63,991 nt of DNA, filler included, from Licmophora abbreviata (GCA_900291995.1; 12 parts of 12 records of this genome joined end to end with filler, not necessarily neighbours in it); one strand, 5' to 3'; shown: positions 23,307-37,044, counted from the first letter of the whole stretch. Program-made: numbers and translations. Notes: generated by a model not told the origin, from the sequence alone.

Positions 23307-23648
23307 AGTCGACGGGTGGTGTTTTTCGTTCTATACGTTCGCCGTTGCTCCCCTGCTGTCATGGTCCGGTGGCGTCATACTGTGACGAATGTCGTGTGTA
23401 TTTTGAATTTTGCAATGACAAACATTCTCATTTGGATGGCAGCCGTGACTCGAGATTGTCCGTCGTCCGTTTTCTCATAATAACCCGGACATTGTGACGT
23501 GTTCTTTGGCGCGCGCAATAGCCGAGATGAGGTTTCCCGCCATCACTGCAAAACATGGCGTCCGTGTCATCGAGCAGCAGCTGTTCGCTTCCGTTCTCTC
23601 TCTCTCTCTGTATTTTGCCTTTATAATTCTCGAGTCCGAGTACGAAAC

Positions 23649-24753
23649 CATGACTTTACGTTCTCATCCGACCGAAAAGCCGAAACGGCAAAGAAGGACG
23701 GCGACATCCCTCATCACGTGCCTGACAGCGGCCATCGCCTCTAGCTCGACTATGCAGCCTGTCCATGCCTTTGTCGTCGCTCCTTCCGCACTGACTACTA
23801 GTAGTCCAACTCGTCTCCCCTCTCCCTCTTCTCGGTCCATGACGACGAATTGGGAAGAGCTCTTGTACCACGCCGAGAGCACCGCCTCTGCCTTTGCACG
23901 ACAATCGCTCGACAACAATCCTGCCAATTTGGTCACGGCCCTCCCCATCATGTACGGCGCAGGCTTGTTGACGAGTATATCCCCCTGTGTCTGGGGCCTG
24001 CTGCCCCTCACGATGAGTTATATCAGTACAGCTGCAGGAGAACGTGCCGACAAGAAGGCCACACTTCCCACACTCTTCTTTGCAGCAGGACTGGCGTCGG
24101 TCTTTTGCACTTTGGGCATTGTGGCGGCCACAGTGGGGGGTGTGCTAGGGAGTACCACCACAGCGGACACTGTTTTGAGTGGAGTCGCAGTGACGCTTTT
24201 GTCCTCTGGAGTCTGCTTGGCCATGGGTCTTCAGCTACTCGACTTTGTCCAATTGCCATTGTTGAACTTGTCTGCTACTAGCTTTTCGAAAGGACCTTCC
24301 TCCGTACTCCAACAAGAAGAAGTACTGTTGGACAGCACGGGTGCAACTGTCGTTCTTGGTGAAACCAACGAGGATACCAAGAAAAAGCAACAAGAAGGTT
24401 CGCTCGTTCGAACTTTTTTACTGGGCGGCAGCAGCGCCCTCGTCGCATCCCCCTGTGCCACACCCGTTTTGACATCCATCTTGGCCTTTGTGGCCAACTC
24501 GAACGACCCGCTCCTCGGTGCTATACTGCTCTTTGGGTACACATTAGGCTACTCGACGCCTCTCTTGTTGGTGGCAGCCACGGGTGGACAAGCTCTGGCG
24601 AATCTCCGGGGCGACGATGGAATCTACAGCAAGTTTGGGCCGTGGGTGTCCCCATTGACGGGAGGAATCTTATTGTGGTACGGGACGAATGGACTCCTCA
24701 TGGCTGTCTTTGGAGATCCGTCTCTGGCTGGATTGGCACCGATATTATTGTAA
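23649..24753 (+). CDS. ccdA: Cytochrome c biogenesis protein CcdA (DsbD TM domain), plastid-targeted
   Basis: AGLLTSISPCVWGLLPLT and LVASPCATPVL. Bipartite presequence ..VHA-FVVAP. Confidence 0.9.
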
Positions 24754-24816
24754 GGTCGTGCAGTATTATAAAGTAGTACTAGTAGCACTGTGCTGTGAGT
24801 GTCGTCTTGATTGTCT

Positions 24817-25579
24817 TTAGTCTGAAGTTAGTTTCTCCACGGCCAAAACTCCCTTTTGATACATGACTTCGGATCGTTCCAGTACTTGTACTACCCCAGG
24901 TGTGACATGTCCTTTGTCGAATTCCGATTGCACGCGTTCCAGATTCCACCATTGCGCATCGTCCGCATCGTCCGACGGCACCAATGTCGGTGGCACGAAA
25001 GTGTCAGTCACACAAAAGATGTGTGAAATGACATAGTGAAAGTGCACGTGTCCATTGCTACTCTTTGTATGTATCGAGTCTGTACTACGAAAGGGTCCAT
25101 CTGTGTGCCAGAGCAAGTTGAGATGAGTGCAACTGGGTTTCTTCGAACAGTTCTCTCTGTGCTGCATCGAGAGTACCTTCTCCGACATCAATTTTGCCTC
25201 CCGGGAGGGACCAGAGACCTTTGCTGGGTTCCTTGCCGCGTTGGACGAGGACATAGCGGGGTGTGGATGACGACGACGACGATGATGAGTCTGACCATCG
25301 AACGATGACTGACACGGCAGCACGAGGATGAACCACGGAAGACGACGATGACATGCTGGTTGTCGTGAGTCTGCGCCGTTTGGTGCGGGCGGCGTTGCTA
25401 TTTTGAGGCGATGGCAACGACGAAGTTCGTTCTTTTGTAATTTGGAAGGCCGGAGCACGAACGAGGTTCCACGTGCGAGTATAGTAGCTCCTACTAAACG
25501 CTACTACAGGGGAGGAGGACAGTATCGCTGAAAGAGCCATGAGAAAGAGCAGATTCGACAACATGGCGACATTCAACAT
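24817..25579 (-). CDS. Nudix hydrolase (ADP-ribose pyrophosphatase-like), probably organelle-targeted; frameshift near 25115
   Basis: LVQRGKEPSKGLWSLPGGKIDVGE...RELFEET Nudix box. The shifted frame continues HFHYVISH..SDDADDAQW. N-terminal signal ..VVA-F. Confidence 0.85.
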
Positions 25580-25746
25580 GGACGGCGGATGTGTTGCAGT
25601 GATTGCAGTTTGAAGTTTGGAATGTCATATCGTACGGTGACGTGTCAAAGTGTCATGACATTTTCGAAACTCGAGGTTCATCCCGCCAAACTTCGCACAA
25701 CAACTTTTGTCATCTCGTCGCTGCTTGCCAGCATATCATACAAACC

Positions 25747-26197
25747 ATGACGACGACGACAATGTCCTCGAACGCCATCCGGATACAAGTCCTGTTCTTT
25801 GCTTCAGCACGAGAAGCGGCTGGTAACGTATCATCGGCCGAGTTGGAATTAGAAAGTGCAGGAGCAGATACGGGTGTGCTTCGGTAAGGTATTGTGTGAG
25901 AGTGTAATAAATAGCCTTTGTCACTCTTGAATAATGTTTTCGTCACAGTGTGTGTAGCCACCTCGCGTACCGTATCACACACTTACAAAAGATTGAACTG
26001 GTGTTTGTTTCTCACATGCTTTGGTGTGCAATATCAGTAAACTGCTTGCCGAAAAGTATCCCATGTTGGCCTCCATGGTACTCGACGAAGATAATTTGAC
26101 CCTGGCACTGAATGAAGAGTACGTGCCGACGGGTGCCATATTGCCTCTGAAGTCGGGCGACACAGTAGCGTTGATTCCTCCGATAAGTGGTGGGTAA
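25747..26197 (+). CDS. MOCS2A: Molybdopterin synthase sulfur carrier subunit (MoaD/MOCS2A)
   Basis: IQVLFFASAREAAG, intron 25884-26037, then LALNEEYV...GDTVALIPPISGG stop (C-terminal GG). Confidence 0.93.
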
Positions 26198-26384
26198 GGT
26201 CGTAAGGAATAGTAATGTACTTAAATACTTGATATGCGATGAAATCTGAAAGAAAAGAAGGCTGATGCTGTGAATATGTCCACAGCGCCTACAAGAAAAA
26301 TATCAAATCACAATCTGTTGTCAGTTATTGCTGTTGATCAACAATTCTATCTCTGTGTTCACTGTAGTACAAATCGCTCATTGT

Positions 26385-28998
26385 CTAGTGCATTCTCGGA
26401 GTAATGGTCTGTTCCATCTCGCACATGTAGTCTTGGTATCCACCCGTCTCGGAAAGTTTGTTCAATATCCGTCCATAGCTTCGATTGCTGTCGCTGCTCG
26501 CTTTAGAATCTGGTGATGAGGTATCCTCCCGCTCATCCTCGCCGCCCTCTTCGTAATCATTGCTTCCGATAATACGACGGAGGTCATCATCGTACGTAGT
26601 ACTGTCATCTTCAATCCGCACACTGATGGTACTCTTCATATCGTCGGTCGTGGGAGAGAACATGTCGTTCGCCGTCGTCGACTCTTCATCAAACTTGGAA
26701 AGTAGCTGTTGCTTCGATGAGACACGAGGCACGGTCGAGCGAATGAGTCTAGGCGGCATGGACGTATTTTTGTGGTCATTGTTCTGCTCGTCGTCTTCGG
26801 ACACTTTGCGCGTCAGTCCTGGCGCCACTTCCCCGTCGGCGTTGTTCTCAGAGTCTTGCGTAATGAATGCGTCTAGGACACTGTGCAGGTCACACGTCGG
26901 CAACGCGACGAGCTGCAAGTAGTTGCGCTTGATGGCTTCTGTAGCAAGAATGGTTTCTTCTGCGCTACACTTTGCACCCAGCAGCGTGTCACAGGCCAAC
27001 GTCATGCGTTGCAACAAGGTCGTCATAACCTCAATCGTGTACCGAATCTGGCCCGCCTCGTTCGTTGTTGGCTTGGAGGAAGCACGAGGCGACGCAACAG
27101 CACCTTTGTATGGGGACGGCTTGGACGTGATGGTAGTTGCCATGCTTCGGTTGGAAGTATGAGGCGTCGTGGAGCATTCGGAAGGAAGGGAGAAGAGTGA
27201 CGTATCGCCCCCGCGAACAGTCTCAGGACCTGTGGATCGAGACAGAGGCAACCCATGCACGGACGCGTTAGCTGGTTCAGTCATTTCATATGCAAAGACC
27301 TCCCGTGTAAAAAGTGCACTTACTCTCTGGAATGCTCTGCATCCCCATGGCGTCACGAATGCTACTCTTGCACTTCCATGCGGGTTGTAGCTGCTGAAAC
27401 TCGTCTTTTGGAAAAGCCTGCTGCACCAACCGGCAGACAAAGGTCATGGCCTCACGAAGGTCATGATGGGTCTCACCCACCACGCCCTGAAACTGCGAGG
27501 GCGACAAAAAGAACTCATCCGTCCGAGCAACGTCCATTTCACTCAGGATGGCATCCAAATAACCAGTGAGGCGTTGTCGCTTGTCGATCCCAAATCCCAC
27601 AACGAGTCCTTCGCGATCGACCGGTGTCCTCAAAAAGCAGGCGTCGTCATCGCGCATCGACTCGACGGTTTGCACAAGCTCCATGTCCTGCTGTAGACGC
27701 TGAATGATTCCCAGTAAAAGCTGTTCCTTCGCGCGTCGCTGTTGTTGTGATTTACGCCGCAAAAGCGCATTCTCCAAGAGATCCTCGCTGTACTGGGGCT
27801 GATACAATGACGAATACTGTTGGTCGAGTCGGTCTGGAGAAGTAGATGTAGTGCGACTGTCCTGGATCGAATCTAGACTGTGAATTGAGTCATTGTGAGA
27901 CGTGTTCGTCGGATTCGTACTGTGACTCATAGCACTGACGGTCGTCATGTGATCGTCCGCAGCTACCACGTAATGTTGCTGATGATCGCTCGGTGGCTGG
28001 TCGACTTGGATGGAATCAAAGTTGTAGACGCAGTCTGTCGGTAGGTCCTCCACAAGCCCACGACGGGACGAAAAGCTCAAGTCATCGGCAAAAGAGACAT
28101 GTCTACTCTGCTGTTGCATTTCCCAATCATCGTGACGCGGATGATGCCAGGATGAGGCTTCCGACCCGCGAAAAGAGGAACTGGCGTCGGTAGAGACGGG
28201 ACTACTGCTTCGGAGCACGAGGTGACTTTCCTGGGCGAGATCGTGGCTGTCGTTGAGCTGATGGTAGGGCAGTGGTTCATACTTGGTCTCGTCTTCCTCG
28301 TCGTCCTCCTGGTCGTTCCTGTGTCCGTCTTGCACTAGTAGTTCTTGTTCCTGTTCATCGTCGTCATCGTTCGTCCCATCACTGCTTTGCCACATGCTCC
28401 GCGGAGGCAGGACTCGCATCGTGGATTCCGTGTTTCGCAGCAGCAGCTTCGGAGGAAGAATGTCGACAGTTCTCCGAGGCTTCGTTTCCCCCACAAGCGC
28501 CCCTACCGCAGTCTTGGCAGTGCCCAAGTCGGGAGACTCTGCAATCCGAATGGTGGATGACGAAGAGCGCGAGTAAAAGGAGGAATTCGTCACTTTGGGG
28601 GAAATGACGCCGACGGCGGCCGTGTTGTTGTGGTTCGTTGTAGCAGCGGGGTGGTAGAGAACGTTCTGTGGATAGCGTGGTAGCTGCTGCAGTACATCGA
28701 ATGGGAGGTGCAGCTCCTCTCGGATGACCTCGAGTGCTTTGCGAGGTCGGAGGCCTTCTGGCGTGCGTGGCGCTTTCGTTTTGCAAGCAGAAGAAAGAGG
28801 CATCGTCGTTGGAGAGTGCGAGTCGGATGCAGAGTCCCCACTGCCGCTGGTCGTCAGTACTGGCATCATCATCCGTGAGGGAGAAGCATCGTGATGGCGC
28901 GTATTGCTGTCGTTGGAAGTACCGTATACGGAAGGAGCAGCTTGGCTCTGAGTCTGGCGCCGTCGCCACGCAAGGCCTATCTGATGGAGGGACGTCAT
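26385..28998 (-). CDS. Hypothetical low-complexity protein, two exons
   Basis: The 570-aa and 351-aa ORFs are joined in frame by GTAAGT...CAG intron 27323-27230 (MQSIPE-S-PETVRGG). Confidence 0.7.
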
Positions 28999-29509
28999 GA
29001 CGCGGGGAACTCACTACTGGCTGGCTACTCCAAGAGGGCTGCCGCAGATCAATCAGTCGCTTGTCTCAACAGATCGACAGACAATGGTGTGATGTCGTTG
29101 CCGCCGCCGCTGTGTGTGTGGATCATCCTACACTAGTATCATATCTCATCATGTGATTGGGGATGCCGAGTGCCGAGTGCTGAGTGAGAATTTGAATCCT
29201 TGCTAGGGAAAAATCAACGTATTTCTACCTACGTATAGTTGGTACCAACGTACGTACAAAGACGCTGGCCGGCTTCGAGTGAGTCGAGTCGAGTCGATTC
29301 TAGAGTCGAGTGAGTTAGTCTGTTTCATAAGTGTCTGTCTCTCTGTACGAGAAAGTACATTTTGAAACCATTTTCGTGCGGTGGACAAGACAAACTCGAA
29401 ACTTCATTCGTCGCCAAGCCTTTGTACCAACACTGTTATTACAATTCATTCTCTTGACACAAACGAAGAGTCCGAGACGAGTCATTTCCGCACACCGTTG
29501 TTGTTCATC

Positions 29510-31953
29510 ATGAATCGACCTGTAATCGTTCGAACAAACTCATGGCAATGGTCTTGGGGGACTACTGCACCCTCCAAGAAAAAGGTACATCAATAGAATG
29601 GGATTTGTCTTGTTTGGTGCCATACATCAGTCTTGCGATCGAAGTAACACACGATTGGGAAAAATCACGCTTGTAAAAAACACTCACACATTTATTTCCA
29701 TTACTTCTTCTTGGAATGTTCCATTGTTACGTACAGACCCTCGCGGAGACGCTACGCCCCAACAGCGCCATCAGCAATACGAAAGGAAAACGAATGGCAG
29801 TTCCATTCACAAAGCGCAAGATTGTCGATGAGCTCGACGAGCAGCGCAGTGAACGATCAACCACTAGCAGCTCCAAGAGTATCATGACTTTTCTCGAAAC
29901 GATTGATGAGTATCAAGAGGAAGAGTCTCATGAGGAATCGTCGTGGGAGGACGGTGACTTGAAACCAACACCATTAGCTGACGATGAGCCATCCGATTCT
30001 TCCAAAACACCTCCAAGAACGCTCTCGGATATTGTACATGCAGATATCATGTCTTCGCAAGATGTGGCAGACTACTTTCACGAGCAGTACACTGCCTTTG
30101 TGACTCGCCAGGCTGAAACGGAACATCGTCTGCCTTTGGACGTGGTCCTCGATGCCTCCACCAGGTTGCTGGAAGAGTTTGTGTCTGTGTGCCCGCAGAA
30201 TCGCATGGACCGCGAAATGATTCACTGTGAGCTTGACGCCTACGTCTTTCCGCGCATTTCGCTCGTGTACGCTGACATTTCCAAGCTCAAGACATCCGAG
30301 GTGGCCAAGCTGATTTCGTGGGCGCACCACTACCAGTCGTCGCTTACGCCCATGGGAATCGATATTCCCAAGGCCCGTCTCTGCGACTTTGAAGAGCTTG
30401 TCACCGAGTATCTCAAAAGAGGTGTACATGATCAGATGAACCTCATGATTCAAAACAGTCTTCTCCTGCTCAAGAAGGAACAAGTCAAAGAGGATGAGAA
30501 CGGTCAGCTCGTCACTTGCCATCCTGAAGACATAGCCTTCATGGTGGAGATGCAAATGAGCGTCGCACGCGAGTCTCTTCCACGCTGTTTTTGGTCTGAG
30601 GTATTGACTGCTTGTAACGAAGAAGTCTTCAATATGATTGCGGACATTATGCTCGATGTCGAATCCCGTTGGAAGGACATGGGTGTCGAACGTCTGTGCT
30701 CGATCATCAACGATGCCTCTCGATTGTCCGAACAATGTGACGAGCGAAACGAGGAAATACTCGATACGTCCAACCTCAATCACGTCAAGACTGGCAACGA
30801 TCTCTGTAAGGATCTTACAGAGCTGGCGTTGCATGCCACTCGCTATTTGTGTGAGCGCATCATGCTGGACTTGCGCGACCCCGACCGTATCCTGACCCGC
30901 GTCGGTGATCCATGCTGGGAAAGCGAACAAGATGTGTCGGTCGTCGATACGACCATTGTCACGCTCAAGGACTATTTTGAGGACATCCATGAATGGCTCC
31001 CCCATGACTACTTCTTTCCCAAGTGTGTCAAACACTGCTTTGACATGACGATGCAAATGTACGTCCACTCCTTCTTCTCCAATACCATGGCTCATGGCAT
31101 GGACGACCCGGTTCAAGCTTCGCATGTCTTGCAAAAGGACTGGCGGAAACTGCTCAAGTTCTTTCAGGGGGACACCGGCGAGTACGCTGGTCAGGCAGGC
31201 CATTACACCCGACAAGCCATGATGGCCCGGCTCGATCTCCTCCAAGCCCTTGCTCATCTTTTGACCCCGACCACTCCACCGGATCAGCTCGAGATGGAGC
31301 TCCAGACAGTCGTTGTGCAGCTGGGTGGTGTGGACTCCGCCAGTCCGGCGCTCTTGCACATTGCGGGTTTGCGTCAACGGGGCATCACGACGAAAAAGGC
31401 ACGAGCCAAGGAAGCCATGTGGCACGAGACTCTGGAGCGAGTCACGACTCATCTCGACGAGATGCTGCCATCGAACCAAGAGTCATCGTCGACGTTTGCC
31501 TACAAGCTTCCAGATGTGCGCAATTCGGAGTACCTCCGCCGCATTCAGCTCTCAGGCAAAAGTGCAAGTAGCCGTACACTTTCCAGCACTAAATCAGCAT
31601 CCAACAGAAGCAACAAGAACAACAACAAGTCCACCAAGAAGCTTTCTCGCTGGAATTCTCTTGTGAAACGTCCTGGTCTTGGTCAGTCGATCGGCGCTTC
31701 GTTCCGTGCCTCCCGTCGTCGCATGGGATGGATTCCCACATCTGATCGAGACTTGATTTCCACCTGGCGTCCTCATGACGAGCAGCAACAACAACAACAA
31801 CAACAACAACAGCAGGATGAGCGCGACGGCTCATCTTTATCTAGTGCAACAGACTCTACTTCTTCTTCGTCTTCTTCGACAGAATCAAAGTCGCCTTCGC
31901 GTCGACAAGAGTTTCGACTGAATGGCTCCAAGCTGTCACAGCGTGCCAAGTAG
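29510..31953 (+). CDS. Exocyst subunit Sec6/EXOC3-like protein
   Basis: Exon 1 is 29510-29584, intron 29585-29736. Sec6-like segments ENGQLVT..PEDIAFMV..Q, LCSIINDASRL and TIVTLKDYFEDI.EWL. PolyQ tail. Confidence 0.7.
31785..31810. repeat. (CAA)n coding microsatellite (polyQ)
   Basis: CAA run within the Sec6-like ORF. Confidence 0.8.
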
Positions 31954-32013
31954 TGTCGCCTGATTGTCGCAGTACATGTTACATATATGCACCCATCCTG
32001 CAAGACACAGTTC

Positions 32014-33042
32014 TCATTGTACTTTCGTCTTTTTGTTGTGGTGGTAGTTGTAGCGCACTCGTTTCCACCACCATGCCTTGTGCGATCGCCGTTTGGACAC
32101 GAGTGAAGAGGATGACATTGCGCATCCCTCGCTCCTGCACTTTCCCACAAAGTACAAACCATACAGGAACAGCATCAGACACAACACTGTGAGGACCACC
32201 CACCCACTCCTTCCTATCACGATTGCGTGTACCGTTGCATGTCGATCCCACTGTTCCTCGACAGCTCCCCAAATGGTCCGATGATGGATACTACTACTAC
32301 TACTACTGCTTCTACTCAAAGCAGTATCTTCCAACGCCACAAACAGATGCCTCGCATGCAGTCGATGAGCACACGTAAACGACCCACAAATAGTGGAGAG
32401 CATCTTTCGTACGTCGTCCGAATCATCCCAATACGAACACTCTTGCAAGAGGTGTCGACACTTGGGTTGGAGTACTTGTTCCAAGAATGTGTCATTGCAG
32501 GGCTCTCGATCCAGCCTGTCTCGGTAGGCCGCTTGCACGTGCGGTGCATCCCTCCCAATCCCCCCACTGCCACGGCCATAGTAGGGTTCCAGTTCCAGTG
32601 CCACACGATCGCAGCCATCGAATGCCTCGCAGTAGGATACTGCAGGACAAAAGAGTGGCTGGTCGGTAGTACTAGTAGTCCTTGCATGTTTGGTTTCCAG
32701 ATGGACATCCATGTAGTATTGCGATACAAAGGTCTTGCCGCAGTGCAGACACTGGAACCACGCCGACACGTTTCGTGTGCTTGTCCTTGCGGGACGATTA
32801 TACGAGGAGGGTCGAAAGGAGTACTTGGGTATGGCCTTGACTCGTGTATAGGAGGAGTCTTGTTGGGAGGATAGTAGGTTTCGATGCAGCAAGCACAGCG
32901 AGGAGGATGTCGGTGATAGTGCTTTGGATGGGGCCATCCTCTTGGACCACACCAAGCGCCTCACAAGTTCGATGGCGGCACGAGATCTTCGTCGATCGCA
33001 GGGGAAGTCGTAAAGATCATCGATCAGTATCATTGTCATCAT
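32014..33042 (-). CDS. Cys-rich C2H2 zinc-finger membrane protein (true start probably further upstream via a frameshift near 33022)
   Basis: FQCLHCGKTFVSQYYMDVHLETKH, multiple Cys residues and a C-terminal TM (WVVLTVLCLMLFLYGLYFV). Confidence 0.7.
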   Translation of the reverse strand: MMTMILIDDLYDFPCDRRRSRAAIELVRRLVWSKRMAPSKALSPTSSSLCLLHRNLLSSQQDSSYTRVKAIPKYSFRPSSYNRPARTSTRNVSAWFQCLHCGKTFVSQYYMDVHLETKHARTTSTTDQPLFCPAVSYCEAFDGCDRVALELEPYYGRGSGGIGRDAPHVQAAYRDRLDREPCNDTFLEQVLQPKCRHLLQECSYWDDSDDVRKMLSTICGSFTCAHRLHARHLFVALEDTALSRSSSSSSSIHHRTIWGAVEEQWDRHATVHAIVIGRSGWVVLTVLCLMLFLYGLYFVGKCRSEGCAMSSSSLVSKRRSHKAWWWKRVRYNYHHNKKTKVQ

Positions 33043-33388
33043 CTAAGGGTCGTTGCAAGATAAGAGAAGCGATGACCCTGTGTGTAGTAAGTACACTTGC
33101 ACGAATGTTGTAGTATAGTAGTGCCATCACCATCGTCGTCGTGATCATACATACTCGTACCGGTATCGTACATCTGTTTGTCCTCGCGCACTGCCGTCTG
33201 TCTGTATGTCTCGCCAAAATAGGGAGTAACAGCGTTCCCAACTTACGAACCACAACACGACGCAAGGTGTGGTCATGTTGTTGTTGTTGTTGTTGTTTGG
33301 AAAGGCGACGCTGGACCACCATTTTATATAATTACAGCATCAGACGGCTCCTAAATCACCAGGTAGAGTCGGCAAAAGTCCGAATAGG

Positions 33389-36300
33389 ATGAGTCAACCC
33401 GCCCTGGACCAAGAGGAGCGTGAACCGGAAGAAACTGCTGCAAACACCATCATGACTTCTAGTTCCACTCCTCCTGCTGCTGCTCAAGAAGAAGAGAGTG
33501 CACTTTTACCGACTACTGCTCTGGATTCCCATGATACCTCGTACTCTCGCAGTTTGACTTCCGCGCAGACCTTCAAGGAAGGCGGGAATGCACACTTTTC
33601 CGCCAAACGATACGAACCAGCTCAAGTCAGTTACGAAGAAGGATTGAAGGAATGTGCACAGATACAAAGTACACAGAATGGGAGTAGCGACGCAGCAGCA
33701 GCGCTCCAGACGGCACTGCTTTCCAATTTGGCCATGGTCTTGTTGAAACGAAAGGACTACGAACAAGCTTTGCAACGATGTCATCAAGCGCAAGCGCTGG
33801 ATCCTTCCAATCCAAAAGGTGACTTTCATTGTGCTGTGTTCTTGGAGTTTTTTATATTCATTGTACCAACTTATTCTTGTTGTTGTTGTTGTTGTTGTTG
33901 TAGTGTACTATCGACGAGCCTTGGCCAGGGAGGGCATTTTCAATCAGTCTCAAACGACCAACAGAAACAACCACACAGAAACAGCACAGCTGGAGTTGTT
34001 GAGAGAGGCCATGGATGATTTACGAACGTGTTTGGAACTGTCCGACGAGGAAGATGCCGGTGCCAAGCAACATTTGAGACGACTCGAGGCCTTGGAACAA
34101 TCGAAAAGACCATCGTTCTCCTTGTCTGGATCCCTCCCTACTGCTGTCGTCACGTCAAATGAGACACAAACCAATGGTAGTATACATGCTTCCACAGCAC
34201 TATCATCCTCTACAACCAAACTCGATGCCATGCCATCGGCGCAACAACAACGAACTGATGTCGTTCGACTGCTCTTGGCACATGCCACCGCCTGCACACC
34301 CACCAAGCACGAAGCATACTTTTTGATTCAATACGATTGGTGGACCGACTGGTGTCGTCATGTCGACTTCTTTTACTGCATAGAAAATCCAAACAATCTG
34401 CAGGAACGGCAAGAGCAAATTTTGTCGTGGCTGCCAACCGGAGCGTGGCTGGTCGAATATGACGGCGATGAAAAGAAACAGCAGGTGCATTCGGAAGACA
34501 GCAGCGATGACGATGAAGAGGACGGATTTCCATTTCCCCGACAGCTAGACAACTCCAACTTGTTGCTATCCGGAAGGAGAACTTGGGAGAAGCATTGGTA
34601 TCCAGCACTCGGTGAAATGCCACGTTTGAAACCCAGCTTGACGAGAAGTCATGACTACGAAGTGCTGCCGCGGGAGGTCTATCATGCGTTGCGGTTCTGG
34701 TACGGTGAAGTGACGCCTCCTATCTGTCGACGCGTCGTCGAGTTCACGAAGAATGGCGAAAAACGACTGGTGCTACCATTGTACGCTTCTGACGTACTTG
34801 CACGAGGACGGATGGAACGGGAAACGGAAGGAAATAGATGTGGAGCATGCTTTGCTCCTTACGCCAAGGCGAGATGCAAACAGTGTATGGTGCGATATTA
34901 TTGCAATCGGAGCTGTCAAGAAAGTCATTGGGCGTTTCATAAAGCAGAGTGCAAGCAGTTTCGACTTGAGGGGAAAGAGTTGGACAACCCAAATTACAAC
35001 AACATAGCATCGAAGCGAGTACATGTGGGAGGCCGCGTTGGACTGCACAATTTGGGAAATACATGGTATGTTATCTGGTGTGCTGCGTTATGCAACAACG
35101 TGACATAGGCGAACTTTGTCTCACTTGATGCACTCGCCTTAGCTTTATGAACTCGGCGTTGATTTGCATGAGCCATGCGACGCCCCTCACGAGGCACTTT
35201 TTGTCGAACCAATTTCTCGCGGATGTCAACACTACGAATCCTTTGGGGACAGGTGGCAAGCTCGCCATGGCGTACGAGCAGGTCATCAAGGAGCTTTGGC
35301 GCAAGTCGTCGCCTGTAAGCCCCACTAGTCTCAAACGAGCGATTGCCATGTTTGCACCTCGATTTGCCGGTGTCAACCAGCACGATGCGCAAGAGTTCTT
35401 GGCATATCTGTTGGATGGACTCCATGAAGATTTGAATCGCATTCGAAAGGCTCCTTACGTCGTAACTCCTGATGTAACTGGGTCCAATATGCGTGTGGCG
35501 GGAGCGGAAGCCTGGGGTGCACATCGGCGTCGCAATGATAGCTTGGTGATGGACACCTTCTACGGTCAGTTCAAGAGCACTTGCGTCTGTCCCCAATGCG
35601 ACCGCGTTTCAGTTTCGTTTGACGCATTCAACCATGTGAGCCTGGAAATTCCGTCCCGGCTCAGCATGACGAGGACGATCCCCGTGTTGCTTTTCCCTGA
35701 CGGTCACGGCGCCGAAGCAGAGATTCCTGTACGATATGCGATCACTGTGCAACGTGGAGCGTTGGTAGGGGATTTGCGAAAGGGTCTGTCGGAGCTGTGT
35801 AGAATTCCCACAGCGTGTCTTGCATTTTGCGACGTGTACGAGCATTCAATTTACGAGATATTTCAAGATTCCAAGCCTCTCACTCTGATTCGAAACTCGG
35901 ACGTGGTTGCCGCATACGAAGTGAGTCCTTATACGAATGGTTCAGTGCATGCATTTTGCCATCACGTGCGAGTCGAGGACTCGACTAAAGGAGTCGACCC
36001 CGAATATGATGGCCTCGCGGCGCCTGACGAGACAGGAAATCGATTCGGATTTCCTTTTATGACTTCTTTTGGTGTCGAGAGTACCTGCATGAACGTCTGG
36101 GAGCAGGTGTGGCAACAAGTATCCAAGATGGCCGACGCAAGCACAGTGCGTGCCAGCCGAAAAGAAGATAGCCCCGAAAATTGTGTCAGGAACCTGCTTC
36201 AGATTCGAGTCGTTGATAGTCAGGGAAATGCGAGGCCTGTATTTCTAGACGATGCCGTCGGGGAAGAGGTCGTCGAAATGGATACACTTGACAAAGCATC

Positions 36301-37006
36301 GATACTCCCACCCAATTTGGACAACGTACTTGCTGAATACTTGGGTAGAGACTGTGCTGAGCGTTTCTTATTTCTGCGTTTGGAATGGCTGAACTCAACC
36401 ACAGAATTATTGACAATGGACGAGGCACGGTTCATGACACATTCTGAACACCCAAGTCTGGTGGAAGCCATCAAGAAAGAGAAAAGCGTGAACGGGAGAA
36501 GCGGCGTCTCACTGGACCAGTGTTTTGAGACGTTCACAAGACCAGAGCGACTGGATGAGCACAACAAGTGGTATTGTTCTGCTTGCAAGGATCACGTGCA
36601 AGCCATGAAAACGATGGAGTTGTGGAGACTCCCTAACATTCTTGTGGTACATCTCAAGCGATTTGAATTCAAGCACGCCTTGCGTCGAGATAAGCTTGAT
36701 ACGTTTGTGGAGTGTCCTTTGGAAGGACTCGACATGACGAAACACTGTGCATCGACTCGTGTAGGGCGCGACGCTTTTGTTGTCGACGGAGTTCCTGCTG
36801 CGTACGATTTGTTCGCTGTTACGAATCACTACGGTCGAATGGGTTTTGGCCACTATACTGCTTTCGCCCGGCGCTGGGACGAAGAGGGTTTGTCAAAGGA
36901 GTGGCTTGTCTTTGACGATTCGAGCGTTCAAAGCATGGGAACTGGCGATGGGGTGATAACTCCTGCAGCGTATGTTCTTTTTTACCGTAGGCGCATATTC
37001 CATTAG
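33389..37006 (+). CDS. Ubiquitin-specific protease with TPR, DUSP and MYND domains (USP4/15-like catalytic domain)
   Basis: TPR FKEGGNAHF..SNLA..KVYYRRA, DUSP YFLIQYDWW..DYEVLP..WYG, and MYND CGAC..CKQC..YCNRSCQ..HW..HK..C. Cys box GLHNLGNTC|FMNS spans intron 35066-35142. His box NHYGRMGFGHYTA. First intron is 33819-33903. Confidence 0.93.
33877..33901. repeat. (TGT)n microsatellite in the USP intron
   Basis: TGT run just before the acceptor site. Confidence 0.8.
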
Positions 37007-37044
37007 TGCGTCGGCAACTGCGGAAGATGACGATATTGTATATT

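Noticed and set aside
29160..29320. TGCCGAG and GAGTC short repeats as a regulatory array
   Set aside because: Short, degenerate simple repeats in a spacer with no consistent unit or spacing.
29974..31479. Long antisense ORFs (501 aa here; also 6038-6895, 21652-22449, 53237-54082, 59596-60336)
   Set aside because: They are shadows of real genes on the opposite strand and have no motifs of their own.
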